64,000 nucleotides of DNA, taken from Terriglobia bacterium. GTDB lineage: Bacteria > Acidobacteriota > Terriglobia > Bryobacterales > UBA6623. The notes under the pieces were generated by a model. The model saw only the letters and a list, made by a program, of their open reading frames with translations, was not told where the DNA came from and ran no database searches. Shown piece by piece: positions 38,976 through 47,954 of the stretch (within the stretch, counting starts at the first letter, position 1; every line of letters starts with the position of its first letter). Made by a program: the position numbers and the translations under genes. The DNA lies in NCBI GenBank assembly GCA_009838515.1, contig VXRL01000040.1, positions 32,949-96,948 on the forward strand, given 5' to 3'.

Positions 38976-39623
38976 ATGCTCGTACCGAAGCACTTTGCTG
39001 AGAATCGGCGCGACGCGCTCCATTCCCTGATCGAAGCGAACCCGCTCGCAACGCTAATCGTCGCGCGACGGTCCCATGTGGTTGTTGACCATTTCCCGCT
39101 GGTCCTTGAGCGCGAATCTGGAACTTACGGTATCCTTCGCGGCCATGTGCCGATCGACAATGAGATATGGACGCAGTTTGATGGGCACAGGAAAGCCGTT
39201 GCCGTGTTCCATGGTCCGCAAGCTTACATAACGCCGAAGTGGTACCCGAGCAAACAAGAACATGGGAAGGTCGTTCCCACGTGGAACTACGTGGTCGTTC
39301 ACGCACACGGTATCCCACGGGTCATTCGTGATGAGGATTGGCTGCTGCAGCACTTGGAAGAGCTAACCGACAAGCACGAGGCCGCTTCAGATCGGCCTTG
39401 GAAAGTAAGCGATGCTCCACGGGAGTTCACGTCAAAATTGCTGCGTTTGATCGTGGGCATCGAGCTGCCGATCAGTTCTCTAGAAGGAAAATGGAAGATA
39501 AGCCAGAACAGACCAGGCTCGGATCGGGCAGGAGTGGTCGCCGGCCTGTCGGAAGGCAAGGATGAGAACTCACGCAAGATGCTAGGCCTCATGCACGAGT
39601 GCCGGGCATTCGCAGATTCTTGA
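38976..39623 (+). CDS. FMN-binding negative transcriptional regulator family protein (PaiB-like)
   Basis: MLVPKHFAENRRDALHSLIEANPLATLI..., HVPIDN, FHGPQAYITPKWYPSK...VPTWNYVVVHAHG, WKISQNR; characteristic PaiB-family pattern. Confidence 0.8.
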   Translation: MLVPKHFAENRRDALHSLIEANPLATLIVARRSHVVVDHFPLVLERESGTYGILRGHVPIDNEIWTQFDGHRKAVAVFHGPQAYITPKWYPSKQEHGKVVPTWNYVVVHAHGIPRVIRDEDWLLQHLEELTDKHEAASDRPWKVSDAPREFTSKLLRLIVGIELPISSLEGKWKISQNRPGSDRAGVVAGLSEGKDENSRKMLGLMHECRAFADS

Positions 39624-40054
39624 CGACGGCGATCGGATTACGTACCAGCAGCTCTACGACTCTGGCCGGGGACGAACCTGAGACCGGCGAGGCTAAGTCC
39701 TGACGCTCGATTGGCCTTGGACAGCTCGGCTCATATCCAAACCAGACTGCGGGGGTGCTGGTGCCCTGCTCCGACCTCCGCGCAACAGGGAATCGAAATC
39801 GTGCCGAGGCCGTCCGGCGATGAATCGCTGTGATCGGGGCCTGCACGACCTTCATCGCGCCGGCCGAAGCCTATGAGACCGGCTACATCGAGAGCATCTG
39901 CGCGGCTGAGCAACGATCTCCTCGATGGGCAGATGCGGATGAGGAGCACGTCTAAGGGAACAGCCCTGACGGAAACCTCCTTCGCGCCACTGCAGGAGCG
40001 AATCCTGATGGGGGCAAGAGGTCGAGTCGATCTACCGCCGAACGCGCGCCGCCG

Positions 40055-41590
40055 CTATTCGTAGGCTGGTTCGGTCACCCCGTACGTCTTTCGCAAGCGT
40101 CCAAGTTCTTTCTTCAACTCGGCGGTAACGCTCTCCATCCCTGCTTGGCCGTAGATGCTCTGCGTTTCCTCAGGATTGCGCTCGAGGTCAAAGAGCTCCC
40201 ACTCGTCGCTTTCGTAGAACCGGATCAACTTGTATCGATGGGTCCTGACACCCTCATGTGCCGGAACGCCGTGCGCGACCTGGCTCTCGTAGTAGTGGTA
40301 GTAGAACGAGTCGCGCCAATTCCTCGGGACGTTGCCCTGCAAGAGCGGTACCAGGCTGCGACCCTGCATGTCGGGCGGGACGTCCACTCCGGCGACCTCC
40401 AAGAACGTCTCGGCGTAGTCAAGGTTCGAGACCAGCTCGCGACTGGTCGAACCGGGCTTGACAACGCCCGGCCAACGCACCACCAACGGCGTCCGCAGAG
40501 ACTCCCGATACATCCAGCGCTTGTCGAACCAGCCGTGCTCGCCTAGGTAGAAACCCTGATCCGAGCTATAGATGACAACCGTGTTCTCAGCCAATCCCGT
40601 CTCGTCGAGGTAGCGCAGGATCCTGCCGATGTTGTCATCGACGGAGGCGATGCAGCGCAGGTAGTCCTTGATGTAGCGTTGGTACTTCCAGCGAATCAGG
40701 TCCTTGCCTTGGAGGTTGGCCTTCTGCATCGCCTCGTTCTTGGGGCCGTAGACGGCATCCCACATCGCCTTCTGCGCGGGGGTCAGCCGCCCATAGCTGT
40801 TCATCCACTGCCGCAGCACGCGGTCGTCCTCCGGCGTGTCGGGTGGAGGATTGATCTTCAGGTCATGCGCCGAGACCATGTGCCGACCGATCTCCATCCG
40901 GTTCTCGGCGGCAGGCGAGGCCCGTCCCGAGTAGTCATCGAATAGCGTCGGCGGCTCCCAAATGTGCTGTCCGTCGTACAGCGAGAGATGTTCCGGGCCG
41001 GGCATCCAGTTGCGGTGGGGCGCCTTGTGCTGGCTCATCAGCATGAAGGGCTTGTCTTGATCGCGCCGTTCCTTGAGCCACTCCAAGGAAAGGTCGGTGA
41101 TGATGTCCGTCGTATACCCCTCGTGGCGGCGACGAGTGTCGTCAGGCCCGACGCGCATGTCAGGGTTGTAATAGGCACCCTGGCCCGGCAAGACTTCCCA
41201 GGCGTCGAATCCAGTCGGAGCAGTCTTGAGATGCCACTTGCCGAACATGGCGGTCTGGTAGCCCGCCGCTTGCAGCAGCTTCGGAAACGTCTGCTGCGAG
41301 CCGTCGAAACGCAGGCGGTTGTCCAAGACGCCATTGAGATGGCTGTATTTCCCCGTCAGAATCACTGCGCGGCTCGGCGCGCAGATCGAGTTCGTGACCA
41401 GAGCCCGGTCGAAGCGCATGCCCTCACGGGCAATGCGGTCGATGTTCGGGGTGTGGTTGATCATCGATCCATAGGCACTGATCGCCTGATAGGCGTGATC
41501 GTCGGTGAAGATGAAGATGATGTTCGGCTTGTCGGTCGCGAAAGACAGCGATGGCGCAAGTGCAAGGGCAAGCGTGGCAAGGATTCGCAT
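40055..41590 (-). CDS. Sulfatase (Cys-type), paralog of 20272..21732
   Basis: ORF trimmed to the ATG at 41590 (signal peptide [18 protein letters not shown]). [10 protein letters not shown], active-site [49 protein letters not shown]. Confidence 0.9.
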   Translation of the reverse strand: MRILATLALALAPSLSFATDKPNIIFIFTDDHAYQAISAYGSMINHTPNIDRIAREGMRFDRALVTNSICAPSRAVILTGKYSHLNGVLDNRLRFDGSQQTFPKLLQAAGYQTAMFGKWHLKTAPTGFDAWEVLPGQGAYYNPDMRVGPDDTRRRHEGYTTDIITDLSLEWLKERRDQDKPFMLMSQHKAPHRNWMPGPEHLSLYDGQHIWEPPTLFDDYSGRASPAAENRMEIGRHMVSAHDLKINPPPDTPEDDRVLRQWMNSYGRLTPAQKAMWDAVYGPKNEAMQKANLQGKDLIRWKYQRYIKDYLRCIASVDDNIGRILRYLDETGLAENTVVIYSSDQGFYLGEHGWFDKRWMYRESLRTPLVVRWPGVVKPGSTSRELVSNLDYAETFLEVAGVDVPPDMQGRSLVPLLQGNVPRNWRDSFYYHYYESQVAHGVPAHEGVRTHRYKLIRFYESDEWELFDLERNPEETQSIYGQAGMESVTAELKKELGRLRKTYGVTEPAYE

Positions 41591-41752
41591 ATCGCTGTGA
41601 ATTCTACCGAATTGCCGGTCTTCGGGGCACGCCGCGCGGTGACCGGCGGTTGCGGGCCGCACATGTGTAAACCAACCAGGGCGGGTCCCAACTCGTGAGA
41701 TCGCGCCTCCTCGAGAGCACTTCGACCCGCTGTCTCAATACAATGGGCAGAA

Positions 41753-42442
41753 GTGAGCGACGTGCTCATCGATGTGCGGGACTTGTCATTCCGCTACCCC
41801 GACGGGTCTGAAGCCCTGCGCGGCGTGAGCTTCGTGCTGCGCAGGTCCGAGACGGTGGCCATCCTGGGCGCCAACGGTTCGGGGAAGACGACCTTCTTGA
41901 ACCACTTGGTCGGCCTGTTGCACGGCACTGGCTCGGTCCACGTTTGCGGCATGCCCGCGGAAGGTTCCAATCTCGCCGAGATCCGCCGCCGCGTCGGCAT
42001 GCTGTTTCAGGACTCGGACGACCAGATCTTCATGCCGACGATCGAGGAGGACGTAGCCTTCGGCCCGCTCAACCTAGGACTGGACGAGGCGGCCGTGCAA
42101 GTGCGCGTCGATCACTGCCTGCGGCAGGTCGGACTTAACGGCCAGCGCAAGAGGCCTCCGCATCACCTCAGCGCCGGAGAACGCCGCCGTGCCGCGCTCG
42201 CTGGCGTGCTCGCCACCGAGCCCGAAATCCTATTGCTTGACGAGCCGGCGACGTTTCTGGACCCGCCTGGCAAGAGAAGCCTCGTGGAAACGCTGCGCTC
42301 CCTGCCCCAATCCAAGATCTTGGTAACCCACGAAATCGGCCTAGCTGCCGCCTTGGCCGATCGGGCGGTGTTCTTCGAGGGCGGCCGTGTCGCCGCCGAA
42401 GGGAGCGTGGAAGACCTCGCCACACGCTTCGAGTGGCACTGA
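41753..42442 (+). CDS. ABC transporter ATP-binding protein, CbiO/EcfA (energy-coupling-factor) type, no adjacent permease
   Basis: GTG start. Walker A GANGSGKTT, Q-loop LFQDSDDQIF, PHHLSAGERRRAALAGVL signature, Walker B ILLLDEP, H-loop VTHE. Confidence 0.85.
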   Translation: MSDVLIDVRDLSFRYPDGSEALRGVSFVLRRSETVAILGANGSGKTTFLNHLVGLLHGTGSVHVCGMPAEGSNLAEIRRRVGMLFQDSDDQIFMPTIEEDVAFGPLNLGLDEAAVQVRVDHCLRQVGLNGQRKRPPHHLSAGERRRAALAGVLATEPEILLLDEPATFLDPPGKRSLVETLRSLPQSKILVTHEIGLAAALADRAVFFEGGRVAAEGSVEDLATRFEWH

Positions 42443-42450
42443 AGCCTGCA

Positions 42451-43884
42451 CTACCGATCCGCCAGCCTTGGCGACGGATGCTGGGCACCCATCCGCTCCC
42501 ACCACGCCTCAAGCCGCTCCGTGAGAGCCGTCGTGATCTGCGGCTTCGCGCCGGCGAGATTGCGTCGTTCTCCGAGATCGTCCACTAAGTCGTAAAGTTC
42601 TGTGCGCGAGTCTTCGTAGTAGCGCAACAACTTCCAGCGTCCAAAGCGCAGCGCGCTTACGGGAGATGTCGTGGCGTAGTAGTGCGGATAGTGAAAGTAC
42701 AGCGCCGCCCGGTCAGGGTTGTGGTCAGGGTCCTTGAGCAAAGGCGTCAGGTCAATGCCGTCCACGGTTCGGTTGTACTCACGGTCACCAGGCAGACCAG
42801 CTGCCGACAGGATCGTGCGGTAGTAGTCGATGCTGCTGATCGGAACGTCGCTCTCAGCCCCGGGCGGGGTGACACCGGGCCAGCGGACGATGGCCGGGAC
42901 GCGGATCCCGCCCTCGTAGAGCGATCCCTTGCCCGAGCGCAGCGGAGTGTTGTCGGTGACCTGCATCCCATCGAACTGGTTGACGTAGCCGCCATTGTCC
43001 GAGGTGAGGATGACCAACGTGTTATCGGCGACGCCGAGATCGTCCAGCGTGTCAAGCACCCTGCCTACGTTCTCATCGAGGGCATGGACCATCGCCGCGT
43101 AGTGTGGGTTGCGGTGCAGCATGCCTTCCCGAATTCGCTGTCGGTAGCGTTCCACGATTGCAGGCTTGCCTTCGATCGGCGTGTGCACGGTGTGGAAGGC
43201 CAGATGCATGAAGAAGGGCTTGCCGCGCTCGGTTCGCAGAATCCGAATGGCCTCCGACGTGAGCCGATCTGTCAGGTACTCGCCCGTTTGGCCGCCTCCA
43301 AGGTGGGGCACGTATCGCAGCCCCGAGAATGTCTGCGATCCGCTGTAGGGGTAGAAGAACGTCTGCGGGGCTCCCCACAAGGTGCCGCCGACGTTGTAGT
43401 CGAAACCCTGCGTTTGCGGGTAGTACTCGGCCGTTCCCAGATGCCACTTGCCCACGTGCGCCGTCATGTAGCCGGCCTCGTGCAGGACCTCCGCAATGGT
43501 GACCTCGTCGTGGGGCAAGCTGTCCCGGGTGATCGGCGGGAGGAGGGGCCGGTCGAGGGGCGGCCGCGTGGCGGCTTCCCGCCATATCGTCATGTGTAAT
43601 TTCGCCGGGTGCTTGCCGGTCATGATGGACGCCCGCGTGGGACTGCATACGGGCGACGCTGAGTATGCAATGGTGAAGCGCATCCCTTGGCTGGCCAGCG
43701 CATCGATGCGCGGCGTGCGGTGCAGATCGGAGCCGTACCCCTCCAGATCCGCCCACCCCATGTCGTCGACCAAGATGAAGAGGACATTGGGCCGCTGCTG
43801 CGCTCCTGCCCACGACACCAGCAAGAATGCAGGTAGGGCCCTGCGCAAGCAGTCCTTGATTACGCTCATGAAGTCAGTTTGCAT
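42451..43884 (-). CDS. Sulfatase (Cys-type), exported
   Basis: VLFILVDDMGWADLEGYG, active-site VCSPTRASIMTGKH, GKWHLG, TSDNGG...GGIRVP. Confidence 0.9.
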   Translation of the reverse strand: MQTDFMSVIKDCLRRALPAFLLVSWAGAQQRPNVLFILVDDMGWADLEGYGSDLHRTPRIDALASQGMRFTIAYSASPVCSPTRASIMTGKHPAKLHMTIWREAATRPPLDRPLLPPITRDSLPHDEVTIAEVLHEAGYMTAHVGKWHLGTAEYYPQTQGFDYNVGGTLWGAPQTFFYPYSGSQTFSGLRYVPHLGGGQTGEYLTDRLTSEAIRILRTERGKPFFMHLAFHTVHTPIEGKPAIVERYRQRIREGMLHRNPHYAAMVHALDENVGRVLDTLDDLGVADNTLVILTSDNGGYVNQFDGMQVTDNTPLRSGKGSLYEGGIRVPAIVRWPGVTPPGAESDVPISSIDYYRTILSAAGLPGDREYNRTVDGIDLTPLLKDPDHNPDRAALYFHYPHYYATTSPVSALRFGRWKLLRYYEDSRTELYDLVDDLGERRNLAGAKPQITTALTERLEAWWERMGAQHPSPRLADR

Positions 43885-43974
43885 GGCTCACGTTCGGAAT
43901 CGGCCAGAATCGCCGGTCGCTAGCTAGAATAGGGGTTCGGCAGCATCCCTCCTGGGCTCCGTGCTCAGAGCCCT

Positions 43975-46900
43975 ATGCCACTGCCCCTTCCTAGATCGCG
44001 CAAAGCGCTTTGGCTGCTCGGCTTGGCGTTCGCCGTCCTGGCCTCGTTCGGAGTGTACCTAAACGCTCGCCCCGACATCCTGTTCCTCGGCTTTCCCAGC
44101 ATGTACCGCTATTTGCTGGCGGAGAGCGCCAGCCAGAGCGGCGTGCGCTACCACTACTGGAGCCCAGAGAAGTTGGACAACCCTAGGGCGGGCCAGCCGG
44201 ATTTCAGCGGCTACAAGGTGATCTACGTCAGCGGCCGGCGCTCCGATCCGCTGAGCCGCCCGGTGCGCCGCGCCCTTCAGGAGGCTGGCGAGTCGGGCTC
44301 CAAGGTGATCGTGCTACCGGCCCATGACACGGCCCGGCTCGGCGTGGGGAACGCCGACTTCAAGAAGGAAGACCGCTGGATCGACGACTACTGGCGGTTC
44401 GGCGGCGTGACCAACATGGCTCGTCTGCTGCAGACATCGGCCGCTCGCTACTCGGGCCAAGACGCCGAAATACTCCCACCGGAGCCAACGCCGGACGATG
44501 GCTACTACCATCCCGGGTCTCCAAGCCTCTTCACTACGACTGAAGATTACGAGGACTGGTACACACGCTCCGGCCGCTTCCAGCAAGGCAGCCCAAAGGC
44601 CCTGATTGACTTCGCCGATGGCTGGCGCCTGGGCATGAGCGGAGCAACCGATGCCATCGTGCGGGCGTTCGAAGAGGGAGGCTTCAACACGGCCGCCATC
44701 TTCGGCACCGCCCAGGCCGCCCCCTTCGCGCTGGAGTACGGGCCCGATATATTGATCTCACGCAAGCACGGCCGCTGGTGGCTCGGGGAGCAGGGCGTCG
44801 AAGTGCTGGAAGAAAGACTCGACGTCCCGATCCTGCGAGGTCTCTCGCTGTTGTTCACAGGCGAGACGTTCGGCGACTACCAGAAAACCCGCGCCGGCAT
44901 CCGCGACGCCGGCCTGATCATGGGCGCGATGGTGCCTGAGCTGGACGGAGCGATCCAGCCAACTCTGATCGAGGGCCTGGATTCGGCATGGTACGGCCGC
45001 CGCTCCGAAGCTTTCCGCGCCGAGCGCATCGACTTGCTGGTGCAGCGCGCCCGGCGCTGGGTCCGCCTGCGCAAGCTCGCGAATTCGGAGAAGAAGGTCG
45101 CGATCTTCTATGTGTCGGGAATCGGCAAGGGCAGGATTACCGCGGCCAGCCTCAACGTGCCGAGCAGCATGCTGCGCTTCCTGGCCGCGATGCGGCGAGA
45201 CGGCTATGCAGTCTCTGACCCACCATCGGACGAGCAGGCGCTGCTGGCGGAGATGCTCGACAAGGGCCGCAACGTGAGTTCGGGACGGCCGCGCGATCTG
45301 GAACGGCTGGCCGAACGCGAGGGCGTCCTGCTGCTCCCGGTGGACGGCTACCTGAGTTGGTTCGAGGGATTGCCGGATGCCATGCGGGCTGAGGTGATTG
45401 ATTCCTTCGGGCCGCCGCCGGGCGATCTGATGACCGTCGAACGGGACGGCCGGCAGTTTTTCGTGGTGCCCAAGCTTGACTACGGAAACGTGGTGGTGCT
45501 GCCCCAGCCTGTGCGCGGGGCTCAAATGGATGCCAAGCTTCAGCACAACGACAAGGTTCCCCCACCCCACCAATACCTTGCGGTGTATTGGTGGCTGCGC
45601 GAAGGCTGGCAGGCCGACGCCATCGTCAACTACGGCACGCACGGCACGCACGAATTCTTGCCCGGACGCCCGCTCGGCCAATTGGCTGACGACTGGTCAG
45701 ATCGCACCATCGGCCCGCTGCCCAACCTCTATGTCTATGTCATGGACAACGTAGGCGAGGCCCTGATCGCAAAGCGCCGGGGAGCGGCCGTGACGGTCAG
45801 CCACCAGATTCCGCCGGTGGAAGCTGCCGAAGTCGCCAAAGGCGAACCGAAGATAGCGTCTCTCTACCGTGCCTCCCGGCAGTTGCTCGATGCCGCGCCC
45901 GGCGCGCTCAAGGAACGCCTCCGAGAACAGGTCCGCACCATTGGCGCGGATCTCGAAATGGACCGCGACATCGAATCCGACTGGGCGATCGCGGCCCCTA
46001 CGGACCCCGAGGTGGAGAAGCTCGCGAACCACATCCACCTCATCAACGAAGACCGCATTCCGCTAGGCCTGCACGTTCACGGCCAGCCCAACACCCCCGA
46101 CGAGCTGGCACCCATGGTCACGGCCATGCTCGGCAACGAAGTTCTGGCGGGTTCGCCATGCCGCCCGGGCGCGGATGCAACCTGCCCCACTCAAGCCCGC
46201 GAGCGGGCGGAGGCCGCGGTCCGCCGCGCTCTGGCCGGCGACGCCCCTGTTCCGGCATTGGGACCTCTCGGCGCCAAGGTCGAGCGGATCGGCGCAGCCC
46301 TTGCCCAAACTCCCAACGAGATCAGCCACACGCTAGGCGCTTTGGCGGGGGCATACGTGCCGCCTGGCGGCGGCGGCGATCCGGTGCGCAATCCGCAGGC
46401 GCTGCCAACGGGCCGGAACCTGCACGGAATCAATCCGGCGGAAGTGCCGACCAAGGCGGCATGGGAGATCGGCACCAGCCTCGCAGACGCACAGCTGAAC
46501 GCAGAATTCGAGCGGCTTGGGCGCTGGCCCAGGAAGATCGGCTTCACGCTGTGGAATACCGAACTGATCCGCCAGCACGGCACGGACCTAGCCCATGTGA
46601 TGCACCTGCTCGGGGTGCGCCCGATTTGGGACCACAACAACGTGGTGGAAGACGTGGAACTGATACCCAGCGCCGAGCTGGGACGCCCGCGCGTGGACGT
46701 GGTGATCCAAGCGGCGTCGCTATTTCGAGACACCTTCCCGGATCGGATGAAGCTTCTCGACAAGGCCGTCCGGCTCGCTGCAAGCGCAACGGACGGGGAG
46801 AACTACATCGCCGAGCACGCCGAAGACGCCGAGCGGGAGCTCAAGCGATCCGGCATGGCCGCCAAGGATGCCAAGACTCTGGCGTTGGCGCGCATCTTCA

Positions 46901-47880
46901 GCAACTCCGCGGGCGGTTACGGGACCGGCCTGGTCGCCTCCATCGAGCGCAGCGGCAGTTTTGAATCGTCGGAGGGACTCACGGAGGCGTATCTGGCCAG
47001 AACCGGAGCCGTCTACACCGAAGGCTTCGAATGGGGGCAGCTTGCGCCGGACGCCTACCGCACGCACCTGCAGCACACCGATGCGGTCACGCTGAGTCGC
47101 TCCACGAACGTGGTCGGTGCCCTGACGCTGGACCACTACTTCGAGTACCTCGGGGGCATGACCATGGCCGTGCGCGACACGACCGGCAATGCACCCGAAA
47201 CCTACCTAGCCGACGTGCGCGACGCCCACCAGCCACGGATGGAGACCTTGCGGGAAGCGCTAGTCCGCGGGCTGCGGGGCAAGTTCTGGAACCCCAAGTG
47301 GATCGAAGCCCTGAAAGCCGAGGGCTTTTCCGGGGCCGTGGAAATGGCTCAGACGGCGACCAACCTATTCGGCTGGCAGGTCACCAAGCCGGAGGCGGTC
47401 GGCAGCGAGGCTTGGCAGAGGGTTCACGCGATCTATGTGGACGACTCGCTGGGCCTAGAACTGCCGCAGTGGTTCGACGCCAACAATCCGTTCGCCTTCC
47501 AAGAAATGATGGCGGTCATGCTCGAGTCGGCGCGGAAGGGGTATTGGAACGCCCAGCCAGACACCCTCAACTCGCTGGTACTGGACTACGCCCGCTCGCT
47601 CGAGCGCCACGGCGCATCGGGCAGCCCGCGCACGACGGGAAACCGTCCGTTCGAGGAATTTGTGGAGGTGTTGGTCGCGGCCTCGTCCGAGCCGGACCTG
47701 ATCTCGACGCTGCGCGAAGAACTCAGGGACGGCTCCAGCCCGCGCGTCGAGGGCCGCAGGCTGGTCGAACACGCAGCGCCGAGCACCTCAGGGCGCTTAA
47801 GTGTCACCACGCAGACTACTCTGGCCGCAGTTTTCCTGCTGCTGGGAGTGTTCGCGCTCGGCTGGCGTCGCCTGCGCTAG
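43975..47880 (+). CDS. CobN/Mg-chelatase H-family protein (1301 aa) with N- and C-terminal transmembrane anchors
   Basis: Family motifs VNYGTHGTHEFLPGR, YVPPGGGGDPVRNPQALPTGRNLHGINP, RPRVDVVIQAASLFRD. N-terminal RSRKALWLLGLAFAVLASFGVYL and C-terminal TTLAAVFLLLGVFALGWRRLR hydrophobic segments flanked by basic residues. Confidence 0.85.
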   Translation: MPLPLPRSRKALWLLGLAFAVLASFGVYLNARPDILFLGFPSMYRYLLAESASQSGVRYHYWSPEKLDNPRAGQPDFSGYKVIYVSGRRSDPLSRPVRRALQEAGESGSKVIVLPAHDTARLGVGNADFKKEDRWIDDYWRFGGVTNMARLLQTSAARYSGQDAEILPPEPTPDDGYYHPGSPSLFTTTEDYEDWYTRSGRFQQGSPKALIDFADGWRLGMSGATDAIVRAFEEGGFNTAAIFGTAQAAPFALEYGPDILISRKHGRWWLGEQGVEVLEERLDVPILRGLSLLFTGETFGDYQKTRAGIRDAGLIMGAMVPELDGAIQPTLIEGLDSAWYGRRSEAFRAERIDLLVQRARRWVRLRKLANSEKKVAIFYVSGIGKGRITAASLNVPSSMLRFLAAMRRDGYAVSDPPSDEQALLAEMLDKGRNVSSGRPRDLERLAEREGVLLLPVDGYLSWFEGLPDAMRAEVIDSFGPPPGDLMTVERDGRQFFVVPKLDYGNVVVLPQPVRGAQMDAKLQHNDKVPPPHQYLAVYWWLREGWQADAIVNYGTHGTHEFLPGRPLGQLADDWSDRTIGPLPNLYVYVMDNVGEALIAKRRGAAVTVSHQIPPVEAAEVAKGEPKIASLYRASRQLLDAAPGALKERLREQVRTIGADLEMDRDIESDWAIAAPTDPEVEKLANHIHLINEDRIPLGLHVHGQPNTPDELAPMVTAMLGNEVLAGSPCRPGADATCPTQARERAEAAVRRALAGDAPVPALGPLGAKVERIGAALAQTPNEISHTLGALAGAYVPPGGGGDPVRNPQALPTGRNLHGINPAEVPTKAAWEIGTSLADAQLNAEFERLGRWPRKIGFTLWNTELIRQHGTDLAHVMHLLGVRPIWDHNNVVEDVELIPSAELGRPRVDVVIQAASLFRDTFPDRMKLLDKAVRLAASATDGENYIAEHAEDAERELKRSGMAAKDAKTLALARIFSNSAGGYGTGLVASIERSGSFESSEGLTEAYLARTGAVYTEGFEWGQLAPDAYRTHLQHTDAVTLSRSTNVVGALTLDHYFEYLGGMTMAVRDTTGNAPETYLADVRDAHQPRMETLREALVRGLRGKFWNPKWIEALKAEGFSGAVEMAQTATNLFGWQVTKPEAVGSEAWQRVHAIYVDDSLGLELPQWFDANNPFAFQEMMAVMLESARKGYWNAQPDTLNSLVLDYARSLERHGASGSPRTTGNRPFEEFVEVLVAASSEPDLISTLREELRDGSSPRVEGRRLVEHAAPSTSGRLSVTTQTTLAAVFLLLGVFALGWRRLR

Positions 47881-47954
47881 CAGCGGGGTCGAGCGTCGCA
47901 GTGCGATTGCTATACTGCGCTTAAGCCGCTTAGGCGCTGTCTCGCTGAGCCGTC

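Noticed and set aside
39823-40064. Possible decayed GNAT acetyltransferase remnant (…GYIESICAAEQ… then, frame-shifted, …GTALTETSFAPLQERILMGA…) in the gap between the PaiB-like gene and the sulfatase
   Set aside because: The similarity rests on a few residues and needs an assumed frameshift. That is too weak to call without BLASTX.
47775-47880. C-terminal TM-plus-RRLR tail of the CobN-like protein as a PEP-CTERM/exosortase-type sorting signal
   Set aside because: No PEP (or comparable) tripeptide precedes the helix, and no exosortase gene is in the window. I treat it as a plain membrane anchor.
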